NCBI GenBank assembly: GCA_022605425.2
Contig: CM061247.1
Coordinates: forward strand, 1,054,001 to 1,118,000
Direction of reading: 5' to 3'
DNA length: 64,000 nucleotides
From: Hamiltosporidium tvaerminnensis FI-OER-3-3
Taxonomy: Eukaryota; Fungi; Microsporidia
Shown here piece by piece: positions 51,201 to 64,000 of this stretch. A program made the position numbers and the translations under genes. Each line of letters begins with the position of its first letter. Position 1 is the first letter of the stretch. A model generated the notes under the pieces. The model was not told the DNA's origin and searched no databases. It saw only the letters and a program-made list of their open reading frames with translations.

Positions 51201-54200
51201 TTTAATCTAAGAACTTTTAAATATGAAAGATAAGAGGTAAGAAGGTAGGGGGGTGTTATATTACTAGATAGATTGTTAAAGGGGTGTTGTTCATAAAGTG
51301 TGTTATTAAGAGGGTTTTGTTCATAGAGTGTGTTTTTAAGAGGGTGTTGTTCATAAAGTGTCTTATTAAGAGGGTTTTGATTACTAGACTGATAGTTAAA
51401 GGGGTGATAATTATTGGTATTGTTATTAAAGGGGTGTTGATTACTACTCATATTACTAACACCCTTTAAATTACTACTAATATTACTAACACCCTTTAAA
51501 TTGCTACTAATATTACTAACACCCTTTAGATTACAACTCATATTACTAACACCCCCTATATTACTTATATAACTATTTATAAGGTTAATACTATAATCTA
51601 TAAGAATGGGGTTATTATTATCTAAACTTCTTCTAATAATTAAAGGGGTTATATTATTAGTCTCTTTAAGTATATGAATATCACCTATTAAATGTAATAA
51701 TTCTTTAGAATAAAGGGTGTTAGTATTAAGAGTATCTATAGTACTGTTAATAAAGGGGTGATGGGTATTATTGTTAATAAAGGGGTGATGAGTGTTTGTA
51801 TTGTTAAAGGGGTTATAATTGCTAGTATTGTTGTTAAAGGGGTTATAATTACTACCTCTGGCATTAACACCCTTTATATTACTATCATTATATTTAACAC
51901 CCTTTAATATACTACCTTTGTTACTAACACCCCCTTTATTACTCCACTTTTCTAATTCCTTACTTATCTCCTCAATATCACCTTGTAAATTACTATCTTT
52001 AACATACTTTAAAACCTTATAAGCATATAAATATTTCCTTTCTAAACATAAATCATAAAACATTTTCATATTTATATTTATCATATTACTAACACCCTTT
52101 AAACTATAATAGTCTTGTATTTTAAAATATAGAAAAGCTAATTTATCATAAAAGGGTGATAAAGAAGAAGAAGGGGTGTTAATATGGTTATAATTACCAG
52201 GTGTGTTGTTAAAGGGGTGATAATTATATGGTGTATTGTTAAAGGGGTGTTGTTTATATGAAGTATTATTAACACCTTTTAAATTACTACCCATAACATT
52301 AACACCCTTTAAATTACAGTCCATATTATTAACACCCTCTAACATACTCTTATTAACACCCTCTAAAGTACTCTTATTATTAACACCCTTTATATTACTA
52401 CAACATTCCCTCTCTAATATAACACCCTTTATATTACTATCCTCATTACCCTTATAATCATTACCCTCTCTTATTATAATCTCTACTATACGTATAACAC
52501 CATATACATCATTAATAGTATTATAACACCTATAAACTATATTATCATCTATAATCTTAACACCTAACACATAATTCATTAAACCTATATATTTAACAAC
52601 CTTTCTATCTAATGAAAAAGACATATTATAAAGTAAGTCAATAAGGGTATTAAGAGTAGGGTTAATAGTATTGTTAACGGGGTGAATAGTATTAGTAGTG
52701 TTAAGACCCTTTATATTACTATCTCTATTATTAACACCCTTATAACTACTATCCTTATTATTAACACCCCCTACCATACTCTTATCCCTAACACCCTTAT
52801 AATCATCACTATTATTATTAACACCCCCTACACCCTTTAACATACTCTTATCCTTAACACCCTTATAACTAGTATCCTTATTATTAACACCCCCTACTCT
52901 GTCTAATCCATTACCACCCCCTCCATTACCCTTTAATAACCCACTGTTATATAACACCTTTATTCCTATATAAGTATAAAACATAGAAATATTAGGGTTA
53001 AGTAGAGTACCATAAGAAAGTAAATTATAATAAGAATATAGGGTGTTATTATATAGTAAAGATAATATAATATTTAAAAGGTTAGGAATTATATTATTAA
53101 AGGGTATTTTAGCTATGTCCCTACTATAACACCCTTTAGTATCAGTATTATAAGACCCTTTACTATTACTATAATAACACCCTTTGGTATCAGTACGATA
53201 ACACCCTTTAGTATCAGTATTATAAGACCCTTTACTATTACTATTATAACACCCTTTAATAATCTCTTTACAATAACACCTACTATCCTTACATTTACTC
53301 TCCCTTCTATTATAACACCCTCTTCTACTATCATTACTAGGAATAAAGTAATGTGTATCTTTAAAATGTATAATTCTATTAATAACACCCTTTTCTAATA
53401 CATTTATATCTGTCATAGTTTTAAGTGTCTGTTGTATTACAAAGAATAGAATATCTTGTTCTTTATAATTTTGTAGAAGTAAAATATTTTCTAATAAGTA
53501 TTTACAGGTGTTATTTATAGAACAGTCTTTAGGAAGAGAAATTGGAGAATTAGAGTGATTAAGAGGGTTATAAGTAGTAGTAAAGTTAAAGGGGTGACAT
53601 TTATATGGTATGTTGTTAACACCCTGTTGTTTATTAGTAGTGGTATTAACAGGGTGTAAGGTATCAGATAGATCGTTAACACCCTGTTGTTTATTAGTAG
53701 TGGTATTAACAGGGTGTAAGGTATCAGATAGATCGTTAACACCCTGTTGTTTATTAGTAGTGTTATTAACACCCTTTTATATTACTATCCTAATCATTAA
53801 CACCCTTTATATTACTATCCTTAACATTAACACCCCCTAACATATCCCTACTATACTTAACACCCCCTTCATCCATACTACTACCTCTAACACCCTTTAT
53901 TCCTATACTACCCATTATTACTAACATATAAGAACAATCTATATTTTTATAAATATTATATACTTCTAACACCCTTATATATATTTTATAAATAGTCTTT
54001 TGTAAAGGGGTGTTATTATTATAAAGAGAAATAAATCTAATTATAAGGGAACTAACACTATCCTTGTTTAAAGGGGTGTTATTATCAGTAGTATTATCTA
54101 ACGGGGTGTTATTATCAGTAGTATTATCTAATGGGGTGTTATTATAGTGCTTTTATAATAAGAGGTGTTATTATCAGTACTTTTATAATAAGAGGTGTTA

Positions 54201-57200
54201 TTATCACTAGTATTATAATAACAACTATCACCATTACTACCCTTACCTAACCTTATATCACTACCACCCCTCTTATAATAACAACCATCCCTATTGTTAA
54301 GCACCATTAAAAATATACTTTTAACTTTACTCATAACAACACCTACTGTCTTACTTTCTATACCTTTAAGTAATTCATATATTATAATTATACATTCATT
54401 AACACTATTCTTATTACTTATTAAGTATTTAATATCTAAATAAGGATATATATTCTTTAAAGTGTAAGGTGCATACTTATAACACTGTGTGTATAACCAA
54501 CCAAAGAAAAGGGATTTACATGTAGTATTATTAAAGGGGTGTTGTTTATTAGTACTGTTGTTAAAGGGGTGTTGTTCATTAGTACTGTTGTTAAAGGGTG
54601 TTTGTTGAGTAGTACTGTTGTTAAAGGGGTGTTGTTTATTAGTACTGTCGTTAAAGGGGTGTTGTTTACAAGTACTATAGTTAACACCCTGTTGCTTATT
54701 ACTACTATAGTTAACACCCTGTTGTTCACTACTACTATAGTTAACACCCTGTTGTTTATTACTACTATAGTTAACACCCTGTTGTTCACTACTACTATAG
54801 TTAACACCCTGTTGTTTATTACTACTATAGTTAACACCCTGTTGTTCACTACTACTATAGTTAACACCCTTTAATATATCACTACTATTACCCTCCTCTA
54901 CCTCCCTACTATTATTATCACCCTCCTCATAATACCCTTTATAATACATCCTATAATAACACCCCCTTTCATTACTATAACATTCCAAATAAGGAAAAAT
55001 CTGATTAAAAAGTAAATCTAACCTATAAACAACATGTCCTAATATAACACGTATAAGACAATAAATACAAATATTTTTATTACAATACATTTTACTTTTA
55101 AATAATATAACACTTATATTTCTATAAATAATATTTGATATATCAATATAATTATAAAGAATGTAATAATCTGTATTGTTAGATATTAAAAGTAATAAAA
55201 TATCTATTTTATGGTTTTTTATTATTTTTGATATGTGTGTGTTAAGTATATATGTTGTATGTATGTTGTTTGTTATGTAATATGACAGTATAAAGTGTAT
55301 GTTATTATAAAGTAGGTTGTATAGAGGTAAGGTAGTATTGTTGGATAGAGATGGGGATAGGGTGTTAGTAATAGTAGTGTTATTAAGAGGGTGTTGTTGT
55401 ATATTGTTATTAAGAGGGTGTTGTTCTATATTGTTGTTATTAACAGGATGTTGTTTATCAGTAGTGTGATTAAGAGGGTGTTGTTTATTTGTAGTATAGT
55501 TAACAGGGTGTTGTTTATCAGTAGTGTTGTTAACAGGGTTATAATTATTTTTTATATCATTAACAGGGTTATAATTACTACCCTTATTATTAACACCCTC
55601 TAATCTACCCTTATAATTAATACCCCCTGATATATCACTACTGTTACTAATGGGTGTTATTATATGTCTATAAATAACAGGTGCTATTATATACATATAT
55701 TCCTTATTAAATTCTTCTACTGTTATATCAAGTAAATAACATATTTTAATAAATATATTATCAATATTATATAAAGGGGTGTTAATTATAAGGATATATT
55801 CTAATATCATATTAAGTATTTTTATAAAATAAGTTTTTCTTTTAGAAAATGTATATTTAACAATGAGTGATAGGTAGGTGGTATTAGAGGGGTGATAATT
55901 AGTAGTATTGTTGTTAAAGGGGTGATAATTACTAGTATCCTTGGTAGAGGGGTGATAATTACTAGTATTATCATTAACACCCTGTTGTTTATTAGTATTG
56001 TTACTAACACCCTGTTGTTTAGTAGTATTGTTACTAACACCCTGTTGTTTATTAGTATTGTTGTTAACACCCTGTTGTTTACTATTATTATTACTAACAC
56101 CCTTTATATCCCTATACCAATCACTACTGTCATTAATACCCTCTAATATATCCTCTTCCTTGAATAACCCATACTTACTTATTCCATTATAAATAACAAC
56201 AAAACTAGAAAAAGCTATTTTATCTGTAAAAGGTAAATTATTAACAATACGAAGTGTTGTTATAAACATATTAATATTATAATTACTATCTATATACTTT
56301 AAAACCCCTATAATTAACTGTTCAATTTCTATATTTATTTTTATATTTTTATATATATTTAAAAGGGTGTTATATTTATAAGTAGATTGTAATATTTTAG
56401 TAAGAGTAACAGGTGTTATTGTAGTGTGTAATATTGTATGTAGGATATATGGGGTGTTAATATCAGTACTTATATTTAAAGGGTGTTGTTTATCAGAATT
56501 GTTATATAAAGGGTGTTGTTTATCAGGGATATGGTTAACAGGGTGTTGTTTATCAATATTGTCAATAATACCCTTTAATCTACTACTTTTACTAATACCC
56601 TTTAATCTACTACCTTTATCATTAACACCCTGTTGTTTACTAGTACTGTCAATAACACCCTTTAATCTACTACCGTTATCATTAACACCCCCTATAATAT
56701 CCCTATTAATAACACCCCCTTTACTACCACTATTAATAACACCCTCCCCCACAATTCCTCTACCTATATCACCCCCTATCTTATTCTTATAATAAGTGTT
56801 ATGTGTATTAAAAAACAATATAAGGTTATTTAAAGGGGTGTTACACTTTATACAATAAGTATAAGAATATGATATACTATAACATATAAATAAAGGGGTG
56901 TAATTAAGTAAATTAGGATTTACTATCTGTAAAGGGTTTATATAAGGAAGTAAAGGACTAAAAGGTATAGTAGTATTGTTTATGCAAGAATTTAGGGTTA
57001 CAGTAGGGTTACCATTATTACTATTATCACTGCTACTGTTATTACTATTATCACAGTTACTGTTAATTAAAGTATTATTACTGTTATTACTTATATTACT
57101 GTTATTACTAATATTACTGATATAACTATTATTACTCTTACTACTAATCATACTCTTATTACTATTCAAACTATTATTACTAATCAAACTGTTATCAACC

Positions 57201-58594
57201 CCATCATTCTTGTTACCACATATATTCAAATGTAAAGGTTTATTGTTAAATTCCTTAAAAAAAGAATCTTTAGAGAAATACAAATCACAATATAAAATAT
57301 AAGAATTTACTTCTTCTTGTGTAACAGTATACGTAGAACATATTATAGACAATAATATATTTCTATATGGTAAGGTAGTGTTAGTATGTAAATATTTAAG
57401 AATTTCTTTATTATAGGAGTTATTAGAATTTTCTATGTCATTTTTAAAGGTTATTACTAGTTTTGTTAGAAGGTGTGTTATTAAAGGGAGAGAAGTGGTA
57501 GTAATTAAAGGTAGAGGTGGTAGAGGGGTGTTAATGATAGTATTGATGTTTAGAGGGGTGTTAATATCAAGGTTGGTGTTTAGAGGGGTGTTAATGATAG
57601 TATTATTATTAACAGGGTTATAACTATCAGTATTATAATTAACAGGGTTATAAGTATTAGTACTGTTATTAACAGGGTTATAAGTATTAGTACTGTTATT
57701 AACAGGGTTATAAGTATGAGTACTGTCATTAACAGGGTTATAAGTATGAGTATTATAATTAACAGGGTTATAACTATCAGTATTATAATTAACAGGGTTA
57801 TAACTATCAGTATTATAATTAACAGGGTTATAAGTATGAGTACTGTCATTAACAGGGTTATAACTATCAGTATTATAATTAACAGGGTTATAACTATCAG
57901 TATTATAATTAACAGGGTTATAAGTATTAGTACTGTTATTAACAGGGTTATAACTATCAATACTGTTATTAACACGGTTATAACTATCAATACTATAATT
58001 AACCCTTAAATAAGGATTATGAAGTATTAAGTTTGTAAAAATATAAAAATTATAAAAATGTAAAGAAATAAACGAATTAAAAGAAGAATCAAGGGGTGAG
58101 AGGTAAGAGAGTTGGATGTATGGTAGTAAAGGGTGGAGGTATGTGTATATATAAGGTGTTATTTCTATATTTGTAAGTATATATGTTAGTGTGTATTGTA
58201 AGGGAAATTTCTTAAAGAAAAGTGGGTTTTCTATATTTTTAGAGACAATGAGAAGTGTATTAACAAGGGGTGTGTTACTATGTATGTCAGTAGATATGTT
58301 AGTAGGTATGGTATTATGTATGTCATTAGGTGTGTTAGTAGATAGTGTATTATGTATGGTATTGGATAGGCTATTAGATATATTCTCGTTGATATTAGAT
58401 ATTCTATTACTTGTATTCTCATTGGTTTTATAAGGTTTTTGTTCGTTATTTCTGTTGGTAAGAATTTTCTTTAAAATTATTTTATAAACTTTTTTAGAAT
58501 GAAAGTTCTTTTCAATACAAAGTGATAGTACTGTTAATGGGTTGGTATGAGAAAGAAGATAAATTTTTAAGTTTTTAATGTAGGATCTGTTCAT
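48253..58594 (-). CDS. MEC1: ATR/Mec1 PI3K-like kinase, one gene split by 3 frameshifts and 1 in-frame stop (assembly error or pseudogene unresolved)
   Basis: C-terminal ORF has KDDLRKD, GLGDRHGENILMD, HVDLSCIF, VPFRLTQN, FVYDPLFEW and FATC NLANMYIGWCSFL. ORFs 54128-58615, 53790-53972, 49691-53416 and 48253-49710 join via 1-nt indels inside repeat units. Likely ATG at 58594 with CCC upstream. Confidence 0.85.
53615..53772. repeat. 60-bp tandem repeat (~2.5 copies) carrying both the CCC and GGG forms of the motif
   Basis: gttaacaccctgttgtttattagtagtggtattaacagggtgtaaggtatcagatagatc repeated. Confidence 0.9.
54531..54870. repeat. 30-bp coding minisatellite (QQGVNYSS units grading into QHPFNNST units)
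   Basis: About 7 ttaacaccct-type units adjoining about 5 ttaaaggggt-type units, in the same register. Confidence 0.9.
57608..58005. repeat. 30-bp coding minisatellite, ~13 copies (YNPVNYNTDS)
   Basis: ttaacagggttataa recurs every 30 bp. Confidence 0.92.
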
Positions 58595-59108
58595 TGTATT
58601 TGTAGTGGGTTTCAAGAAAAAGATTTAAATAATTTTTATATTTTATTATTTATATGGTAATGTGGTGTTATTGTGTAGTGGGTATGAAAAGATAAAAAAA
58701 TATTTTTATAGGCTGATGAGAGGGAGGGTGTTATTCATCAGTACTTTTGTTAAGAGATGGTATTTTAAGTGTAAAGAGATAAAGAAATTTTATAAAAATG
58801 AAAAGGTGTAATATAATTAAGAGAGTGGTGGTAGTATACATGTAAATAAAAGGATAAAGAAATATATAAAGATATGATTTGGCTGTAGTAGAATAAAATA
58901 AATAAATTTATTAGTTGTAAAAGAGGTGAGATGAAAATATGAGAAGAACAAACTAATTTCAAGAGTTGAGACACTTTGTCACACTAGATTAAATGCAAAA
59001 AAATATTTATTTTAAGAAAAAATTTTGAAGTTTGATAAGAATATATTATATAAGAGTACTTTGATGATAAACTAGTATATAGGAGTGCTTCGATAATGAA
59101 CTATTTGC

Positions 59109-59830
59109 TTTATTTAAAGTATCACATCTTTTTAAAACAGTGGAAAGTGTTATATTTGTTTTCATGTCATTAACGCAGTTCTAGGTTTAACATAAATGAC
59201 TGCTACCCCAAAACTCCATCAGTAACCCCTGCGATACCTACATCCCGAAGCCTTTCATTTACCAGGTGTGTAAAACCCAATTACTTGGCGAGGCAGTTGC
59301 CCGGTGTTCGTCAATGTCCGTTGCATGGAGTGTGATCGAAGGCCGAAGCCCCTCCTGGGCTCCCCCAAGACTATGCTGCATTCCCACTTACTCTACACAT
59401 TTCGAACCCAATAAACATCATGCTAAGATATATTTCAGAGGCTTACATAAGGTCCACCTAGACAATGCAATGTCATACCAACAGGTATAACCTGTTACTT
59501 AGCTCTCCCGGCTTTTAATGGGTCTTATTTTTATATCTCCCGGGCGCTAAGTCTTCTAACCCGAGTGAGCAAGGCTAGGTTCCCATGCTTTTAAATGGAA
59601 ATTACCTACATTTTCATCGGCGGTCTGCAATCTGGTTACGTAAAAAACTACAAATAAATCGTAGAAAAAGTTTCTCCATTTCTTAGACCTCTCCTCCTCA
59701 TAACAACTCCCATGGAACAACCAAAGATGTGTGGTTTTATTCCCACAAAAAATCCAAACAATGATCTCACACCAGTTTCACGCACTCATTGCCAAGCAGA
59801 AAGTTTTTTATGTGGTTATCCTCCCTCCAC
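59109..59830 (-). mobile_element. Family A SINE-like repeat copy 5 (full length)
   Basis: Reverse complement runs gtggagggaggataaccacataaaaaactttctgcttggc ... aaaagatgtgatactttaaataaa. Confidence 0.9.
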
Positions 59831-62559
59831 GTATAAAATGAATATATAAATATAATGGATAATTTAAAAAGCCGGGTGTAAATTAAAGGTTATGAACAAA
59901 TTTGAAATTTGTGTTAAGTTATATTTTTTAACATGTTTCATGTTACGTTTGTTCTTGTTTTTATTTATGTCTTCATAATACTCTACTCAAATCTTAACAT
60001 TTTTCCTTTTCTGTGCTTGAAATTATATCGTTTTATATTTTCAGTCTAAATCTCGCATCATTATAAATTAAATATGATTCCTTATTTATGTGTAAGCTAG
60101 ATTTTGTAATATTATTGTCTTTTAGTTTGTAGTTCATTGATTGAATCTTTTTAAAATGAAATTTTATTTTAAAAAAATTTATTACTCAATGTCGATAATA
60201 AGAAACAACAACGATTGATTAATAAGCATCTGATGCTTATCTTAATACATCCGTGTTTTCATTTCCTAAATTCCCTATGATACCCTATGGTATTTAGTAT
60301 CAATATAATTAGAAATTATTACATAATAAATATCTGCTGCTTAATATTGATGAATATGATATAAATCATATGATTTAATTTCTATAACAGTGGGTTTGAA
60401 AATTTAAACAAAGTTGTGAAGTAATCAAATTACAGCAGAGCTTCAGCAGATTTAATTTCCGTTCTTTTAAAAAAACATTAATTATTATTTTTTAGCAAAA
60501 ATCCTTTTCATCGAACTGACTTCAATAGTCTCTTTATACAGCAATTTAATTTTTTTTAAACAAAGTTAAACTCATTTACATTGTATATAAAGTTGTGTTT
60601 CTTTAAAAATATTCTTCCATAAATCGCTATTATTTTGTAATTAAATTTGCTATAACAGGGTTTTTTGCATCGTAGATGTTAGCTTGACTTTCTGCTAATT
60701 TTACAATATTTACATATTTACTCGGCGCTCAAAATATATTCCTATCTAAATACATCAGAAAACTGCTTGCTCAAATTGAGTTGTTTTTACTTTAAGTACA
60801 AAAAACGTTAATTTTACATATTAGCTCTAGTTCCCACGCATTATATAATTTTATCTGTTTTTTTCTATCAAATGCGAAGGTATTTTATTATGAGATTTTC
60901 ATCTTAATATGTTTTTTTCTAAAATTATCTTTGCAAATAAAATTTCGCAATGTAAAGATTAGGTTTGTGGTTTGAATTGGCTGGGAAATCTAATCCTGTA
61001 GTTTCATTTCTGTATTGTTTTTCAGACAATTAAAGATTTTCGAAAGCACAATTTTTCTTGTAATTTTACATAATATGCACATAAATATTTTAGTTTTCGA
61101 GAGATAGTGAATGTTTAAATATCCTCGTTAAAATGATTCTTTTTTCTTGCATTACATTCACAACACCATATTTCAGAAATATAACTTGGGTAAAAAGAGC
61201 TTATAGATTGTATATAAAAATTAATTCCTTTCCTGAATATTTCCTAATGAATGAAATATATTTTGTACCTGATATTCGCTTCAACCCGTTAAAAAATATT
61301 AAAATAACATTCTATTTCTTTTTTGCAGCCAAGCGCGTGTTTCAATTTTATCTTCTTTTAGGAAGCAATTATTCAGTTTTATTTTTCAAAATTCAAATAA
61401 CTTTAATGATGTATTTTAGTTACATATTGATTTAAAACCATCTATATCTATTTAGATATGAAAATTTTCTCTCACTCATCTGTTTTATTGTATTTGATGA
61501 ATAATAGTACAACCCTGAGATTATCGATAAAAAGGCAGTATAGAATTCTACCGAAACATGTTTCGTATTTATTATCATTATATCTATTTCACTGGAAAAG
61601 AAACTCATAATCTCTCAAAGTAGTTATGAATAAGCATCAATCTATATTTAAAGCCAATCTTTATAAAAATTCTCTTACTTTTCTTTCTAATATATTCTGC
61701 CTCATAATTTTTATTTTGTATCGAAATTTTTATCAAATTAGACACGAGATAGAAAGTTTACACTTATATGCATTTAATTAACTGCTAGAAATCATTGTAT
61801 CATTAGATTTTGGATTCCATAAGTATAATTTTCTAATGGCATTAAGAATTTTCATTAATCCATCTTTATTGTCGTAGCAATAACTCCCTTTATCCAAAAT
61901 AAACTAAAAAAATAAAGAAAAAATGAGAATCGTGATACCTAATGTAGTCTACAAATTTTTTATGAGTCAAAAAAACAATTTATAAATTCAAAAATTGGCG
62001 GTTAAACATATTAAATAGGTCGAAGCCGATTTCTAAAAATTTTTCTGCAAATGAAAGCAGATTAACAGTGATTGTAAGTACTAGGCTGGACGGAGGAACG
62101 CGATCAATTTAATACTGCGATAAACTCATATAAACATAAGTATTTTTATAAAAAAATATTAGATTCTGTAGTTCATTGTAACGAAATTGTGTCTCTCCCT
62201 TAAGATCTTATAATTTTCTAAAGAGCTTTGTTATAAAGCAAATACAAAGAAGACGAAAGTTGGAACGTTTTTCGAGGTTGGTATTCGGACTATCTCTAAG
62301 CATGTTGGTTATCATTTTTTTGCATTAAACTATATGAAGAAGAGCGCATTGTGAAAAAAATATCTTACTGAGGTATCAAATATAGAATCAATTATATTTG
62401 AGAATGTTTAATTTCTCATATTTCTATTTTATTTTGTTCTATTGTAAATTATATATCTAAATCTGTTGCAAAAAAAGTTAAGACAAAAAATCAAAAAATA
62501 AAGACTTTTAACAACCAGGAAACTGATTTATAAAAGAAAAAATTGTTTCGTGATGATGT

Positions 62560-64000
62560 AAGCAATATCGGTAATTTTATCACCCCTACCATCAAGCGAT
62601 ACTTGCTAGGTTACCTCAGTCTGCTCGATTAGAATCATACCTTCATTTCCCGTCCCGATTTCTCAGCTAACAGATAAGCCAGCATCATGGAAAACCTCAA
62701 CACTACTTCTATTTTAGAAGGTAACCGACCATTGGTTTGCATTCAATACTTGACTCTGTCACCGTCACAGTCGTAGAGAAGAAATTGCCTGAATCTGCTA
62801 TTCTAGCAGCGCAAAATAAATTTGAAAGAATGACCTAACTGGCTGATCTGCAATTCTTAGTAGTATAATGTGAAATTTGGTCGTATTATTGATATTAGAT
62901 GTGTTTTAAAAATTAACACCAAATGAGGCAGGAAATGGAATAAGGCAAGAAAAGAACGAAGAGCGATGTAGAATTGCTCATTGTCTCGGGAGCTTTTTTT
63001 TCCAACAGAACAGTGAACTCTTTATTAACCCGAGTGAGAAGTTTTTGTATAAAATCAAGAAACATATAGCGAAGTAAATCGGAGATGTCGTGGTCAAAAC
63101 TAGAAAACTTCCAATGAATTAGTTGAATGTAAACTTTGGGATCCATTAATCAACCACGGCAAATGTGCTGAATCTCATGTACCTAAGACCTTTACTACAG
63201 CAGCTTGAATCACCAGGCATCCCGGGAATTTTACAGCAAGTTGGCAGCAAAGTAAACAAAAAACAGCCTTTAACAAAATAGAGAATGTAAAGTTTCTATG
63301 CTATGTCTTGCCAAAGATCTTCTCGTGAAAACTTGAAGTGAAAAAGCTCTCCGATCAAGAAGCGAAAAGTTTCAAACAAATCTTGCGATGGTTATATCCA
63401 TATCTGGGTACCGTAACTGATCTTTCCGAGGTTTTAATAAAGAAGAATGACGATTTTAATGTCTACAGAAAAAATTACGATCTGAAAGTAGAAAACATTT
63501 TCTTAAAAAGAATCTTGTTTGTGTTATTCCGAAGTTGATCTATTTGGGTTGTCAAACGCGTTAAATCAGAGTTTGTGGTGAAAAAACACGAATTGGCCAG
63601 GATTTTAGTCTACATCGTGGTGCAAAAATATAGAAAAGCTAAAAATGAAGACTATTTGATATTTTCATCTGGAAAACTCATCTGATCACGTTTTCTTCGC
63701 CTAAAGTGTCAGTAGATATCATCATTTTGATGCCGACCCGGAAAGCAGCTTTAAATGATTGTATTACGAATTAACTCATCAAAAAACTTCCGAGTCTTCA
63801 GAAATATCCCTATTATATTGTGAAAGTCAAGAGTTTGGGGGAAAGCTCAAAACAGCTGGTATTATTACATGATAGCTTACCTAATACCTTAAGTCTCCTT
63901 ATATATTTGTTCTGGTTTCAAGCCAATTATCTGTATGTAAAACCTATACAGGCTTACAACAAAATGTGTTACGAAAGTTTTACGGCTTGAGGTAGAAAGA
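62560..64000 (+). mobile_element. 5' part of another decayed copy of the RLE-type LINE (continues past the window)
   Basis: Colinear with 13150-14750: gactctgtcac, gctattctagc, aaattt..tcgta...ttgatat, atgaggc.g.aaatg, acct.atacc. Confidence 0.7.

Noticed and set aside
53770-54150. Spliceosomal introns explaining the ATR breaks
   Set aside because: The sequence between the breaks stays coding-like, the indels are single-base deviations from sister repeat units, and I saw no convincing intron signals.
57608-58005. Regular 30-bp periodicity as a CRISPR array
   Set aside because: There are no unique spacers, it is an in-frame coding minisatellite, the context is eukaryotic and no cas genes are present.
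49025-58433. Many hydrophobic antisense and alternate-frame ORFs over ATR (and over RFC1, RRP40 and 3573-3881)
   Set aside because: These are shadow ORFs produced by stop-poor repeats on the other frames.
59550-59580. tcttctaacccgagtgagcaaggctagg resembles the vertebrate telomerase RNA template region
   Set aside because: CTAACCC is not followed by TAAC, so there is no 1.5-repeat template. It lies antisense to the inferred transcript and within a multicopy repeat.
60400-61950. Possible decayed minus-strand gene (likewise 37.3-39.1 kb, 44-46.5 kb and 5.5-7.5 kb)
   Set aside because: Coding-like composition only; no recognisable motif or boundaries I can support.
1-64000. tRNA or rRNA genes
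   Set aside because: No cloverleaf or rRNA-conserved blocks found by eye; tRNAscan-SE and cmscan would be needed to exclude them.

Overview
Very AT-rich, gene-sparse, apparently intron-free eukaryotic DNA. CCC/GGG motifs just upstream of the start codons, the compact housekeeping proteins and the 'KGVN/QQGVN' repeats point to a large-genome microsporidian (Hamiltosporidium-like; this is inference). Six conserved genes sit as isolated islands: a DBP10-like DEAD-box helicase (cut by the window start), RPT6, the divergent RFC1/UBC12 pair, RRP40, and a ~10.3 kb ATR/MEC1 kinase that is repeat-inflated and broken by three frameshifts and one in-frame stop. Between them lie a secreted/membrane Ser-Asn-Asp-rich protein, two disrupted LRR-family paralogues, an inverted ~1 kb duplication and decayed non-LTR retrotransposons of the restriction-like endonuclease (R4/Dong-like) type. 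Two features stand out. (1) A non-coding retroposon system: at least 8 copies of a ~715 bp SINE-like element with target-site duplications (TSDs) and many predicted hairpins, including one compensatory base-pair change; six copies lie within ~800 bp of a housekeeping gene. A 227 bp sister element shares its head but has an (AAGT)n tail, and a separate 228 bp RTE-like element is nested in a LINE. (2) A quasi-palindromic motif, TTAACA-GGG/CCC-TGTT, found in the RFC1/UBC12 promoter and amplified throughout ATR, where both orientations of the central triplet occur (QQGVN versus QHPVN).
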